From assembly GCA_907165135.1 (NCBI GenBank), contig OU015568.1:12152001-12216000 (forward strand): a DNA stretch of 64,000 bases, read 5' to 3'. The stretch's first letter is position 1. The number at the start of each line of letters is the position of its first letter. The DNA is from Oikopleura dioica (Eukaryota; Animalia; Chordata). This document shows positions 52,393 to 64,000 of this stretch, one piece after another. Made by a program: the position numbers and the translations under genes. The notes beneath the pieces are model-generated. The model was not told the origin of the DNA, ran no database searches, and saw only the letters and a list, made by a program, of their open reading frames with translations.

Positions 52393-55300
52393 CTAATTCT
52401 TTGGAAAGCAAGCGCGACCAAGGTACGATTCGGACAATGTTGTTGGCAGATGATGTCTCAGAGACAGTAGTCGCTTTCGTTCCAAATCGTAGAAACAGAG
52501 TGGTACCTGGCACTCTGGATATGTCGTAACGGATCGTCGCTTCCCGCCGCTGTTCTGGTAAATACTGTAAACTCGTCGACAGTAGAGTGTACAGAGTGCG
52601 ACCACGTCCGTCAATTGCCACTCACGTGAGAGGAGATGCTCCATAAGTGGTGGAGCACTATTTCCCTCATAGCGGCCAGTACCGAACGGAACGGAGTTTA
52701 CAACCTCTGAAATTGATCGTCAATAATTATCACATTAGATTTAAAACTATCAGAAGGATGAAGCTACGACATCCTCCTCCAGACAGACTAATGCCTCAAG
52801 CTTACCTTCGGTTAATCGATCAAAATAATCTCGAGGGAAGAACCGCTGTTGCCGTGAGGGGCGCGCGTCGGAGTAACATAAGGGCTTAAGATCGGCAGGC
52901 TCGCGCTCCCTCTCCACAAAGCTGTCGATGTCCTTAACAAGCTGCGCCCATCCCTCTCGATTCTGCGGGCAGTCGACGTCGCTACAAGTTGGCACCTCAC
53001 ACCGGTTTTGAGGAGTCGGCAGCATCTCAGCCGGGAACAATCGTGTTATCACCCGTCGTCGCCGTCGAGCCTCCAGTCCGTGCAAATGGGTGTTCAAGCG
53101 TGAAACCCGGTCTTGTACCTCGGTGGAGGACAAGCCGAACTCGAAAGGATTTTTCGTGCCAGCCAACTCCTCTCTAAAAGTTTAAAATGACTTTACATTC
53201 TCATCCTTCAGTAGTGCATGCAAATTTCTCCTGTCTACTCTTACCGGCATTGCAAGGCCAAGAGTTGCTTTCGCGATTCAGAGTCGTAATCAGCTACTAC
53301 TGGACTGTCCCTCACGCGGCGTCGGAACTGTTGGTAAATAGCGTCGGCATCCCTAGAATATGCTCACTAGTAATAAGATTGAATTGTAGACGCTCCAATG
53401 AGCGAATTAACTATGGAGGATGATGGTCTCACCTCCTCCTAATTGAACTAGGCCAAGAAATTAGCGCCTACTCTTTCTGGAAGCGTGAAGGTACTTACGA
53501 AGCCAGATAGTCTGGTGAGCCGGCAAATTCTGGTCTATCGGCGGGGCACAGCTCCTCTGGAAACGGCTGTCCTGGGAACGTATCAGGCTTGTGAGCGGCC
53601 CCATATCCAGCGGCTTGGTGCTCTGGCTCAGCCAGCAACAGATAATGTAGCCAAGTTGAAAATAGATCGGCCTGTGTCGCCGTGATGTTCGCGAAGTCGA
53701 CTATGACGTTCCCAGTGGGCATCGACAATCGTGCGGGGACGCCAAAAAGCTGGAGAATATCGCAAAGTATCCCTATCTCGCGACAGTAACGTGGATATTC
53801 CTAGTGGTTCTTGGTTAACATCTCACTTATTCTCTACTTATTATACCTTGTGAACATCTCTTTTGACCTCGTCACTGAAGACGAGATGATAGTAAGTTCC
53901 TGGGCCGGAAAAGAAGGGGTCCATCATCACTCGTTGCTGGCTTGCGACATTCTGATCGATCGCGGCCTTTCCAACAGGGTAGATGACAGCGTTGAGGTCT
54001 GTTGGTGACAAGCCAACCGATGCCTGACGATGATGTCGCATCTTCATCTCCTCGTCTTTTGATTTGAAGTCCAACACCGGGCGTACTTGTCCCTCTCTTG
54101 AAACTCTGCGCATCAACTCGGCCAAGTGCGCAAAAGTCATATACCTGATTAATTACATTTATCTTCTGCTAATTATTCTGAGGAACAGATTTTGGGACTT
54201 ACATTGTTGACACGCCAGCCAGATAACTCGCGCCTGCCCGCAAGCATGGACCATCTGTAGTGCAAGTAGGCGACAAGCACATTAGGTTGAGCGGCCCCGA
54301 ACGATGGTCGTGAGCGCTTGATTGGCAAAACACGCGTGGCAGATTCCGGGCGAGAAGGCACTGTAAGACTTCGCCGCTAAACTGAGTGGACGGGTCGTGA
54401 TAATACGCAAAGCACAGTTTCTAAATGGGTTGTATCAATACTTGCACTAAGGAGGCTGTATCTACATCCTCCTGGTCATCTCTTGTGTCTGAAAATCCTT
54501 TCGTTTCTTAACTACTCACACTTTGCAGAATTCTCTTCGACTGGGTGAAGCCGCGACCCTGCTCCTTTGCTAACGTGAACTCAGCAGCAGCGTCCACTGT
54601 TGTGGAATAATCAGCGGCACAATTTCGTCGGTAAGGGCGGTTGAACAAAGTGGCGGCGTGCATCAAAGATTGTAACTCATCCTTGGGCACCTCTCGCAGT
54701 CGCTTATCGAAAAACTCGACAACATCGTTTACTAAAAGAAGATTCGGTTATGCCCTCATCTGTAGCTAATCCTCACCAGATGTCAAGGACTTGTATATTT
54801 GAGTTGCAATGTGCATTGCTTCGCTCTCCTTAGGCAAATTCTTCTCAATGGTATCGTTCAGAATTTGTCCACATTCGCTATCTGTTAAGCCTCCGTCTCT
54901 CTTCTCACGGGCGGCTTCCCCCAACGTCGTCGTCAAATCCGTCGAGTATGGTGAAATGGTTGCTCCACCGCGGTCTGACAACTTGGGAGGACGTACACCC
55001 TTTGCTCGAAACCGGCGTAATCGCATGCTGCGTGGCTCCTGCTTGCGCTGCGCCCGTTTTATGCCCCGCCGCACGTTTCCGGTTCGAGTAGCTGGTCGCG
55101 ACGGCCGCGGCCGAGGTGGCTCTGGTGTGTCGTGGTCAGTAGATGAGGATGATCCTTCCTCATGCTTAACATTCACTGCAGGAGCCGGCGCTGGATTGAT
55201 ATTCTGTTCGTCATCGTCGCTTTCGATGACGATAATGGTGGCCTCGCTACTCGGCTGAACCATCTCTGGACCTTCGTTGGTGTCCATCTGCTCCTCAGCT

Positions 55301-57781
55301 TCAAGGACCTGCTCTTCGTTGTGAGCCATCTCTTCGACCTCGATTTCCTCCTGGCCATTCGTTGGCGTAGCTACTGGGCTAGGTCGAGGCATTCCACTTG
55401 TGGCCTGACGCTCTGCTTGAACCGATGCTGGACTTGTCGAGCCCTCTGGAACCCCTCCTGAAGCAGCTGCTTCATCCTTTTGAACAGGACTTGTCCGTCC
55501 ATGTGATGCACTTTTGGGCGATGTCTCTTCTTCCATTGGAACAGGTGCAGGGCGTGGATCGTCCAGCAGAGTATCGTAATTCGGATCAATAGTATTTTCA
55601 TTGTGATAGACAGTTTGATTCGCTATTGTCTCCAACGAAGGAATCTCTGTCTCGGTCTCCTGTACAGTCTCATCTGGTGGCGACGAGGGAGCCACTGAAG
55701 CCCCCTTTTCTGCATCTTCTGACGTATCTTTATTTCCAGCTGGAAGTTCCGTGGAAGACACGCACTCTCCGGTTTTCTCCTGGGCAGCAGCATCCAGCGG
55801 ATCGGTCACGATGATCACTTCCTCTTCTGAGTTCTGGGCCCCAGTCGATCCATCTATTTCGGGGGCCTGAGATTCGGTCTGATCTGTTTCCATAGATGCC
55901 GTCGTTGTCTCTACAGGCGCGGCGTTGGGCGAACTGGATGATACACCTTCCTCGTCCTCGGGCGTTGGCGCTGACAACGATGAAGCTTGTGCTGGCTGCT
56001 CACCTGTCGGCAGTTGTCGATTTTGCTGTGTTGTTCTTACGCTTCGTTTCACTCGCTCGGCCTCTTTTCCAACTAAAGGTTGTAATTATTATCAAAGCAT
56101 TAAAATCCTAAATTCTTGTATCACGAAAACTGTGACTTACCGATATACTCCATTCGTGAAACCTTCAAGTCTCCATCGTCGGTCTCTTCAACCATGTAAC
56201 GCGCTCTCACTCGCGAAGGTCTTGAGGATGCTTCTGCCTCCTCCTCGTCAGAAACAGGCGGGCTGCGTTGGCTCGCAGGTATAGCGCATGCTTGGCGGAA
56301 ATTGTTGTAAGTGGGCGGAGCCATGAAATGATGCAGCTCTACGCCATCATAATCGTTGAGTGGTGGAGCTTTAAGATATATGTTAAATCACGTTTGTTTT
56401 AGTATATGCTCCGTGAAGCACAACTTACCATAATCCTCTGGTGACAATGCATGCAAACACTGTCGCACACGGTGCTCCCCTACAACGGCAATATGATCCG
56501 CTGGCATGAGAGTCGCCACCAATTGTTTTGACGTGTCCAAAATTCTACATCTCATTAAGAGATAGACAGGGTCCATTGGAAGTGTAGCCATGTGTGACGC
56601 ATAATCACGGTTGTACTTCGAGTTGAACCCAACCTAAATGGAGGTTATGCCGGTCTTTAAAAGCAATCCCACAGCGCGGAAGTGCGCTACCCACCTTCAG
56701 GACATGCCCCAATAGCTTTGCTCCGATCTTCGTGGGACGGATACTCCTCACGTATGAAAATGTCTGTCGCATTATCTCGGCAATAACGGTTGGTCCCTGT
56801 CGTGAATTCTTGTCCAGCATCTCGAATAATCTAGAGTAGACAGATATTTAATCAGGATGATGTATTCTCTTCCTCCTACCTCGACTGAAACTCCTGATAT
56901 TCCGGCATCTGCGGCAGCAAATAATACTGGTCAGGTCGAAAAGCGGATTGATGACGAGCCATTTCTATCAGAGCTCCAGTTAGCCTTACCATCTTTTCAA
57001 CTCTTGGTTGAAGTTTGCTCATCTTCATCTTTGAGTTGCTTGCCTGATGCAAGAACGGTCGAATCATCTTCTGCATAAGTACACACTGCATGGTTGGGTA
57101 TTTGAGCATGCTCAAGTATGAAAGTTGCTCCGCCGAATGATAGAGCAAATCTAGCAGCTGAGAGCGTGACATTGCTCTGGAGTAAGCATCCAGCAGTGCC
57201 TCGTGCACCAACTAAAATATATTTGCATAATTTCTTGCACTCGAATGGGCTAACAATAAAATGGTTACACTCAAAATCTGTTCAAATTCTGTTCTTAAAG
57301 TCGATCTGCTCATTTTCTACAAGATACCTATTCATGACAAATCTCTTACCTCGCTCAAGAGTTCACACTCCACTCGGGAGTAATGTGAGGACGGCTCGCT
57401 GAAAACGTTGTTTCCGGGAAGGATTGTTGAGCCCTGATTCAGCTTCGTTCCTCCCAGAACTCCATTTGGTGATATCTCAACCCAGGCGGAAGTTGGTGGT
57501 ACGTAGGTAGAAGTGGAGGGGCCCTCCTCCATTAGCGATACCTCGGCTTCGTCAGAGGAGCCGCTGGTCATGCTAGACTTCTTCCCCTTCGTTTTTGCCT
57601 TGTTGAAAAACGTGCCCAATAGGGTTCGTTTGCGATCTGGCTCCTTGGTCGGGCTTCCCTCGGCATCAGCACTTGGCTTGGCGCGTTTCTTGCCCTTATC
57701 GGTGCTGTTTGCGCCGCGTGACGCCTCTACAGCAGGTTCGTGAATCTGGCCTTCTTCGCCCATCGCGGAGGAGGATGGCAT
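52393..57781 (-). CDS. Intron-rich antisense gene inside the retroelement, roughly 1,500 aa, unknown function
   Basis: Track ORFs 57332-57781, 56876-57211, 56605-56820, 56388-56591, 56121-56324, 54766-56052, 54508-54690, 53841-54140, 53495-53728, 52750-53166 and 52393-52644 mostly end or begin at GT-AG sites that join in frame (e.g. introns 56831-56879, 54732-54776). Minus-strand AATAAA at 52108-52113. Confidence 0.75.
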
Positions 57782-59197
57782 GTCTTCCTCCTTTTCCTAT
57801 TGTATAAAAGTTAATGCTAGCGTTTAGGTTAGCGATTTTCACAGGTCTTACCAAATTAGTCTCTGGGATTTTATCTTTTATCTCCCTTATCTAGTCTGTG
57901 GAGTATCCAAGATATAATAGCCGCACGGTTTATGAAAAATCTTGTGTGAAGCGACCTAATATAAGGGAAACGCAAGATTTAAACTAACTGCGATTAATTT
58001 CGAAGTTTCTCTCAACCTCACCCTTACGGTCGCAGCTGAATATTCCCGATCATTTCACATCTCCTCCCGCTATATTCCCTCTAGATAGATGTTTACCTGT
58101 GTTGGCGGAAAATAAGCGTCGACCGGTCGCACTATCTGGACTTCAGCCATCTGCAAATCTCCAAAAGGAGGAGGAGGTCGGGACATCCTCGGTCTTGCTC
58201 GTTTCGATACTCCATCTTTCAGCTGTTGTAGTAGTCACGATAAGTAGGCAACTGACCACCTCGGGCTTCCGAGCCCTCATATCAACAACAATTCTAGAGA
58301 AAATAGCATTTTTCCAGGAAATCCTCAAAAACACTCAATATGCGTCTAGAAATCATTATGTAAGTAGGATTTAACAGAATTAGTGAATAAAATTGTCAGC
58401 ATTGAACTATGCAGTAGGATTATCCAACACTGCGCGTCATCTGCGTCGTCTTCCTTATCTTCAATCAAAACAACACTTCTCTCGCGCTCCAGATCTTATC
58501 GGTCAAGTAGCGTGTGAGGCTTCGTGACGTCGCTGCCGCAGCCCAAAATTACGTAATCGCGTGGGTGGGAAGCGTGTACCCTCGGCTCACGTAGTAAGAT
58601 GCGCGAAATCGATGTGAGCCATTCTGTATGACGTCCCTGAGGTGTGTTTGCGCTTATTTCTATCTCCTCCTTTTACTAACACCTCCTTGCTTATGCTCCA
58701 ACTTTTTGTAAACGTTTTGTTATCTTGACGACGATGAGGATAGATCCTCCTCCTCCTGACGACCCGCACAAACTGCAACAAGAGAAAAGACGACAACCCA
58801 GAAGACCCGCTGCAACCTTGACGATGACGATGAGGTCCCAGGAATCCTCCACCGCTAAAGCCCTGTTTACCGCACCGAGAAGACCCAGAGAAGCCAATAA
58901 AATCCATAAAGATTTATTCATCATTCCCAATTTTTCCCCATTATATTACCTCCTCCCTTACCCTACTGTTAGTCTCTCTTTCTTTCATTCTTTCTTTCAT
59001 TCTATTTTCGTATTCTGTAACCACCACATCAGTGTTAAGCTTTGATTACGTCTCAATCAAAGTCCTCTTTCACTGTGCTATATACACTCCCATCATGCAG
59101 CCACTGTTCAGCTGCCCTATGCTCATTATATATACTGTTTCCGGAAATTGCTCCTGCTTGCGGGTTCAATTTGCCAACCACTTTCATAACTGCATCC

Positions 59198-59223
59198 AAT
59201 AAAATACCAAAAAAAAAAAAAAA
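59198..59223 (+). terminator. Polyadenylation signal and genomic poly(A) tail of the retroelement
   Basis: AATAAA, 5 nt, then A15, then the TSD copy. Confidence 0.8.
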
Positions 59224-62200
59224 CGCCCTTGGAGCACGACAAGATTTGATTTGAAATTGGTTATTTTAATTTCTTTGGTAAAAATAATTAAAGGGCACTT
59301 GAAGTGGCGGAATGAGCGGGGACCAGTTCCGGTCGGAAATTGCGCTGAAACGCGTTCTCGAATGGGTGAAAGAGGGATCCGCCGGAACCTCGGCGAATAT
59401 TCGGAGGATGTTTTCGGGACTCGATAACTAACGACTTTTTATGAAATAAATTATCATAAAACACCCTTTTTCGCATCAAATAGCAATATGTACATTTAAC
59501 CGCGAGAGCAGCGTTTCCCACCGAGCGGTAAAGAATCTGAGAATTCCTCGTCGACCACGAAACAAAATCGACTTTCAAGAGTTTCCAAGCCAAAACTACA
59601 CATTCTCGACGCTCACCACAAATACACAAAAAATGTAATCTCGTGTGAGAAAAATGCGGATCATTCGAAAGTCAAGTGGCGCCCTTCAAACTATACATAA
59701 CCTTATTTGAAAAAAGGGAAGATTATTTATCTTTCTCTCGAGGGTTGAAGCTAATTGTTATCTAAAGAGGGGTGGAGGAAGCTTGCATAGAGAAACTCTG
59801 TCGATAATAATCTGTAAATTTATTGAAGTCGAAAGTCTTCTCCTTCCTTTGGAACAACTAGAATTCAAGCCAGGATTTCGATATTTCTATACGATTAGCT
59901 TCTACATCCAATTTAGAAGCATTTCGGATATTTTGGGGGAATTCTTCACACCAAAATAAAACAGGTCGCTTTCGCCGTCACGGGAATCTGAGGAAACATA
60001 CCCTCGTACATAAACATTTTGGTCAAAGTCTTCGTCCTGTTCCTAAATATTCACGGCCAGGGCGCGTGAAATTCCGGAACATCGTCAAGGCATTTTTGAG
60101 CATCGTTGAGAAGATTTTTTAAAGCTACAGGAGAATTTTGATTTGATAGTGGATAAAAACGATTTTCTAACCAGTTAAACCTCTGCTATCTTAGGTAAAC
60201 TTATGTGTAAATTAAAATATGTTTGTTCAAGGAAAAAGAAAGGCAGCTAAAATTGAACGTGAGAAAAGAAGCACCGACGAAATGCAAATTTCCGCAATGG
60301 CCAGCCTCGGTACTGGTATCTAATTAACCTGATAAGTGCGCTGACCCTGTGCCAAGGGTCAACTTTCCAATATCCGCGTTTCCAACACGCTCCAAATACA
60401 CAAATCGCAAGCGCAAAATTATGCTTATTCAAAGCTGATAAACCACTCTAGACCGTGATGCAATAAGTACTTTAATTCCAGAGCGTTGGACATTCCAACT
60501 AAAATCAAATTTGAATCGAAAAAACTTAAATCTCTGCTATCTCGGTTTCTATCCACTGAAATCAACAACGAAAAAGAACATCAATAAGGAAAAGCCCTTA
60601 GCTTCGGTACAATCCTTTGTTTATTTTCTGTCACGTGTTTCTTGCAGTGTTCAAAACACAATTTCCAACAATTATCGACAACTGCAAAACTCTTAATCCC
60701 TCAGAAGCGCCGCCAATAATTATTTTCAAAACTCGGTCTGTCCAAACTTTCAACTTGGAAATTCGAAATCAGCGTCTGCCCTTTTCGTTTTTGTTTGGCT
60801 TGATCAGCTGATGGAGGTTTTGAATTTCTAAATTTTAGAACTTTTCGGCGCAGGTGCGGCAAATATTCGCTCGAAATAAGGACGATTGCTTGTTGACTAA
60901 ATTTGGGAGAAATTAGCAAAGCCACTGCTGCAAAAATACGTATAAACCTAGAAATCAGAGAAATTCGCATGTTTAGGTAACAGCTGAAAGGAGCGCTTTT
61001 CTAAGGTTTAATCCTATTTACACCAGCTCCATGCTCATTATTAGAGGGATAATATATTTGGACGCCGAATGCGAATCTAAAGGGATTAAAATTGTAGAAG
61101 ATAAATTCCAGCGAGTGAAAACATCGCGAAAATTTACACAATTTTTGTGAATAAAATTTGAAGCTCTTTAGTTTCTTTGAAAACGAGAAGTTAATTTTGA
61201 CAGTTTTACTTTTTCGAGCAGAAATTACTGTGTCAACAGTTGCTAATTTGAATATTCAAATTTCCGATGGCTTCTCAGCCGGATGTGCTTTAATTAGGCT
61301 GGAAATGTCACGTGGACCAGATAGCGAATTTTGGAGAAAAATGATGATGAAAATGGCTTCCTCGGCGACCTTTATCGCACCAACGAAATTCTCGGCCTCT
61401 GCCAAATTTACACCTAAATTAGCCGCTAAACTCCACCTGAAAACGATAATTTAGGAAGTCGAAGCTTTGAAGACTTTTTTTCATTCTTACTCTGCGCGAT
61501 TTTACAGTAAAGCGCACCTGCAACAGCTTACCTTCCCCAATTAGGCCAAGTTGATCCTACAAGCTCCCCATAAAATCCTAAACTCACTAAAATTCACACT
61601 CCAAATTCATTCATTACAGAAAGAAAAAGAAACGTTTCCATCTGGCTGACCCACATGGACGCATTTAATGATTCCCATGCTCCAAAAACAAGCATCAAGC
61701 AATAAATCGAGCTTTATGGGGACACTTTCGCGTGCGTCTGGTAATTTTCTTGACAGTTTATCATATTTGACACTCTTATGGTTGGCAAAATGATGTTTGG
61801 GAGAAAGTTTTCGCTGCGAACTTTATTGGTTAATTATGCCAAAAGTGTGTATCATGAAAAATAAAGTGTTTTATGCTCTAAACTTTTGGGTCTTTGAAGT
61901 TTTATCAATGCGGAATGGGCTGACCTTGAATCGGAGTCGTGTTTTGCAGGGGATGCTTATCGCAGCTTGATGGGTGTTGTTACAGACTTTTTATTTTGTT
62001 TGGCTAGTGCGGTACACATACTTTAGGAGATGTCTGAGAAGGCGGCTGCCAACTTTGATTTTTGTTGTCTGGGCCTACTCTAATGGTGCCCGCTCCAAAA
62101 TGGCAAAAATGATAATCAGGCACACACTCAGCCACCACCGATGAAAGGTTGTTTATATAGAAGAATGTACCGAAGAATATTTTCTGCAAATTATTTCCAA

Positions 62201-62513
62201 GCAATCTCTATTTCAAATACTGCTTCATCAGCGGCAAGAAAATGAAAATAAGATGTCAATGCTGACTATTTCAATTAAATTTTAATGGCAATCAGCAATA
62301 AATTGAAATGCCGATTATCTAGGTTAGGTGGACAGATGCTTTTCTGTTTTATTGATATACCCGGCTTGTCTTGGAGAACATTTATTATAATTATGGGCAG
62401 ATCCATCATAACCTTGGGAGGATTAAGTGTGCGCGAACTAATTCCAAGATTGAAATCTTCAAATAGAATTAAATTTTTTTCACAAAACAGTTTTTCCTGA
62501 TTTTGAAGAAGCC

Positions 62514-63245
62514 ATGAAGATTTTTCAAATTATATTTTCCTCCTTACAAATCGGATGTTTATCACAGGAGTTCACAGAGCCAGTACTAGAGATATCTTTG
62601 GATGAGTCAACTCAGCCCTTTACTGAGAGATCGATGTTACCCTTCACCGATGTTTTTACCGTTCCAGACTTTACCGAGACCATGACGGAAGTAGCAGCTT
62701 TCGCAGAGACAACACCAGTGTTTTTCGATCTATCATCGACATCTTCTAGCTCAACGATTACTACAACCTCCCTAACTACAACGACCACTACCACAACGAC
62801 CACTACCACAACTACGACTACGACTACGACTACGACCACGACTACCACAACGACTACGACTACGACTACGACTACGACGACAACTACGACCACGACTACG
62901 ACGACTACGACAACATCCGCCACCACAACCGAATATATCATCTCCGCCGAAGAAGCCTCCCTCCAAATGATAAACGCTACCTATCAATTTTCCCCCTTTC
63001 TCGATCAGCTTTTCTCCGCAAAAATCTCGACACTTATTCGAGCTCACGGTAAATTCGGAAGAGTCCGACTTTGGTTCGACTGGGGGTTCTGGTACTACAA
63101 CTCTCCCTGTAACGAGCCATCAGTGAGGCCTGCATATTCATACGTCTCACCTATTCTTGACGCGAACAATCCTTGCGAGTCGATAAACATGTATTCTGCA
63201 GCGCTTTATGAGCGGTTCATAAAATTGGCGAAATTAATTATCTAG
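62514..63245 (+). CDS. Secreted Thr-rich mucin-like protein (may continue in further exons)
   Basis: Signal-like N-terminus, a poly-Thr tract of more than 40 residues, then a globular Cys/aromatic domain. Confidence 0.65.
   Translation: MKIFQIIFSSLQIGCLSQEFTEPVLEISLDESTQPFTERSMLPFTDVFTVPDFTETMTEVAAFAETTPVFFDLSSTSSSSTITTTSLTTTTTTTTTTTTTTTTTTTTTTTTTTTTTTTTTTTTTTTTTTTTTTTSATTTEYIISAEEASLQMINATYQFSPFLDQLFSAKISTLIRAHGKFGRVRLWFDWGFWYYNSPCNEPSVRPAYSYVSPILDANNPCESINMYSAALYERFIKLAKLII
62775..62915 (+). repeat. (ACN)n coding trinucleotide repeat (poly-Thr)
   Basis: Degenerate ACT/ACG/ACC/ACA run. Confidence 0.9.
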
Positions 63246-64000
63246 TAATGGCAAATTTCATGAACTATAAAAGTCATTTTTCGCTGATTACGCGTGTTAC
63301 GATATTCCCTTGGAGAAATCTCATCGAGCAAGACAAACTATCAATTCTTACCAGGCGAAGAAACAAGAAGCGGACCACTTTTTCGCCTTCCTACGTCGGC
63401 TTTTAAAATGTTAAAACGTTCGACTTTTAGATTTCTGAAGAATATATAATCGCTTGTTCAAAGAGAGGTTACTTTCATTTCCTGGGAAAAACTTTGTGTT
63501 TCTAAGAAACTAAGGCCTTTCCGTCTTTATCTTCCTGAAAAGAAGGCTGGCAAAAGAATTGTGATTTTAGGATCTTCATTGAGCCCAAGTGGCCGAATAA
63601 TACAAAATCCTCGCCTCTCGCCTCGGCGCCTGTAATTACTGCTTCCTCTTTTCATCCCTTTCGCAATGCGAGACAAGTTGCTCGAGAGGCGTCTAATCCC
63701 CATTGCCCACAGAAAATCTCAAAAATTTTCAAAACGCCCAAATTGAAGATTGCAGCAAGTGTTTGATTTCACTGCTAAGGGTGGTTATCGCGCAAAACTA
63801 CAAATCCCAAAAATAAACGAGCAAAAATGCACAGCTTTTCGCGCCGAACAAGTAAATATTTGGAGCAGGAGAATTGAGCATGACATGTTTCAAATGGGGA
63901 CTGATAAGGGTTTGAGCACTGATAAAGGAAAGGTAGCCTTAGCATCTTATAAAGTCATATTCTTCATTATCTTGCTCGAAACGAAAGGAACAGCTTGAAA

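Larger units (their letters stand above)
41091..59223 (+). mobile_element. Giant (18.1 kb) APE-type non-LTR retrotransposon, possibly Odin-related, with extra ORFs and an antisense gene
   Basis: CGCCCTT at 41084-41090 recurs at 59224-59230, immediately after AATAAA (59198-59203) and A15 (59209-59223). The interior encodes an intact APE plus non-LTR RT. No LTRs, protease or integrase. Confidence 0.75.

Noticed and set aside
41091-59223. LTR retrotransposon or endogenous retrovirus with env (Tor-like)
   Set aside because: No terminal direct repeats, protease, RNase H or integrase motifs were seen. The RT is non-LTR type with an N-terminal APE, ORF5 lacks a signal peptide and TM helix, and the element ends in poly(A).
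59680-61460. Scattered exon-like segments downstream of the element
   Set aside because: There is probably a gene here, but strand, frame and product cannot be supported from the sequence alone.
62612-63047. Poly-Val and Arg/Ser ORFs on the minus strand
   Set aside because: They are shadow frames of the poly-Thr codon repeat.

Overview
Compact invertebrate-chordate genomic DNA with very short introns and head-to-tail housekeeping genes. The style fits the larvacean tunicate Oikopleura; this is inferred, not confirmed. 0.3-15.2 kb holds a same-strand, operon-like run ZNRD2-RABGGTA-CISD2-PPIH-(MRPL2-like)-BDP1-TRAPPC2L-DENND6. It is followed by BANF1, a scramblase, tRNA-Thr(UGU), an Ikaros/hunchback-type zinc-finger gene, ZCCHC24, a Cys-rich/Kelch-like secreted protein, a trypsin-like protease and, at the far end, a Thr-rich secreted protein. 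Several non-autonomous DNA transposons are scattered through it: pogo-like, TTAA/Kolobok-like, a foldback element inside a ZNRD2 coding exon, and a hAT element carrying about 30 copies of a 56-bp hairpin unit. The main result is an 18.1-kb giant non-LTR retrotransposon (41091-59223) bounded by a 7-bp target-site duplication (CGCCCTT) and ending in AATAAA plus A15. Besides a very long ORF1 and an APE-RT ORF, it carries extra downstream sense ORFs and apparent short sense-strand introns that join its ORFs in frame. It also carries an entire intron-rich antisense gene of unknown function. All gene names come from remembered sequence motifs; no database searches were run.
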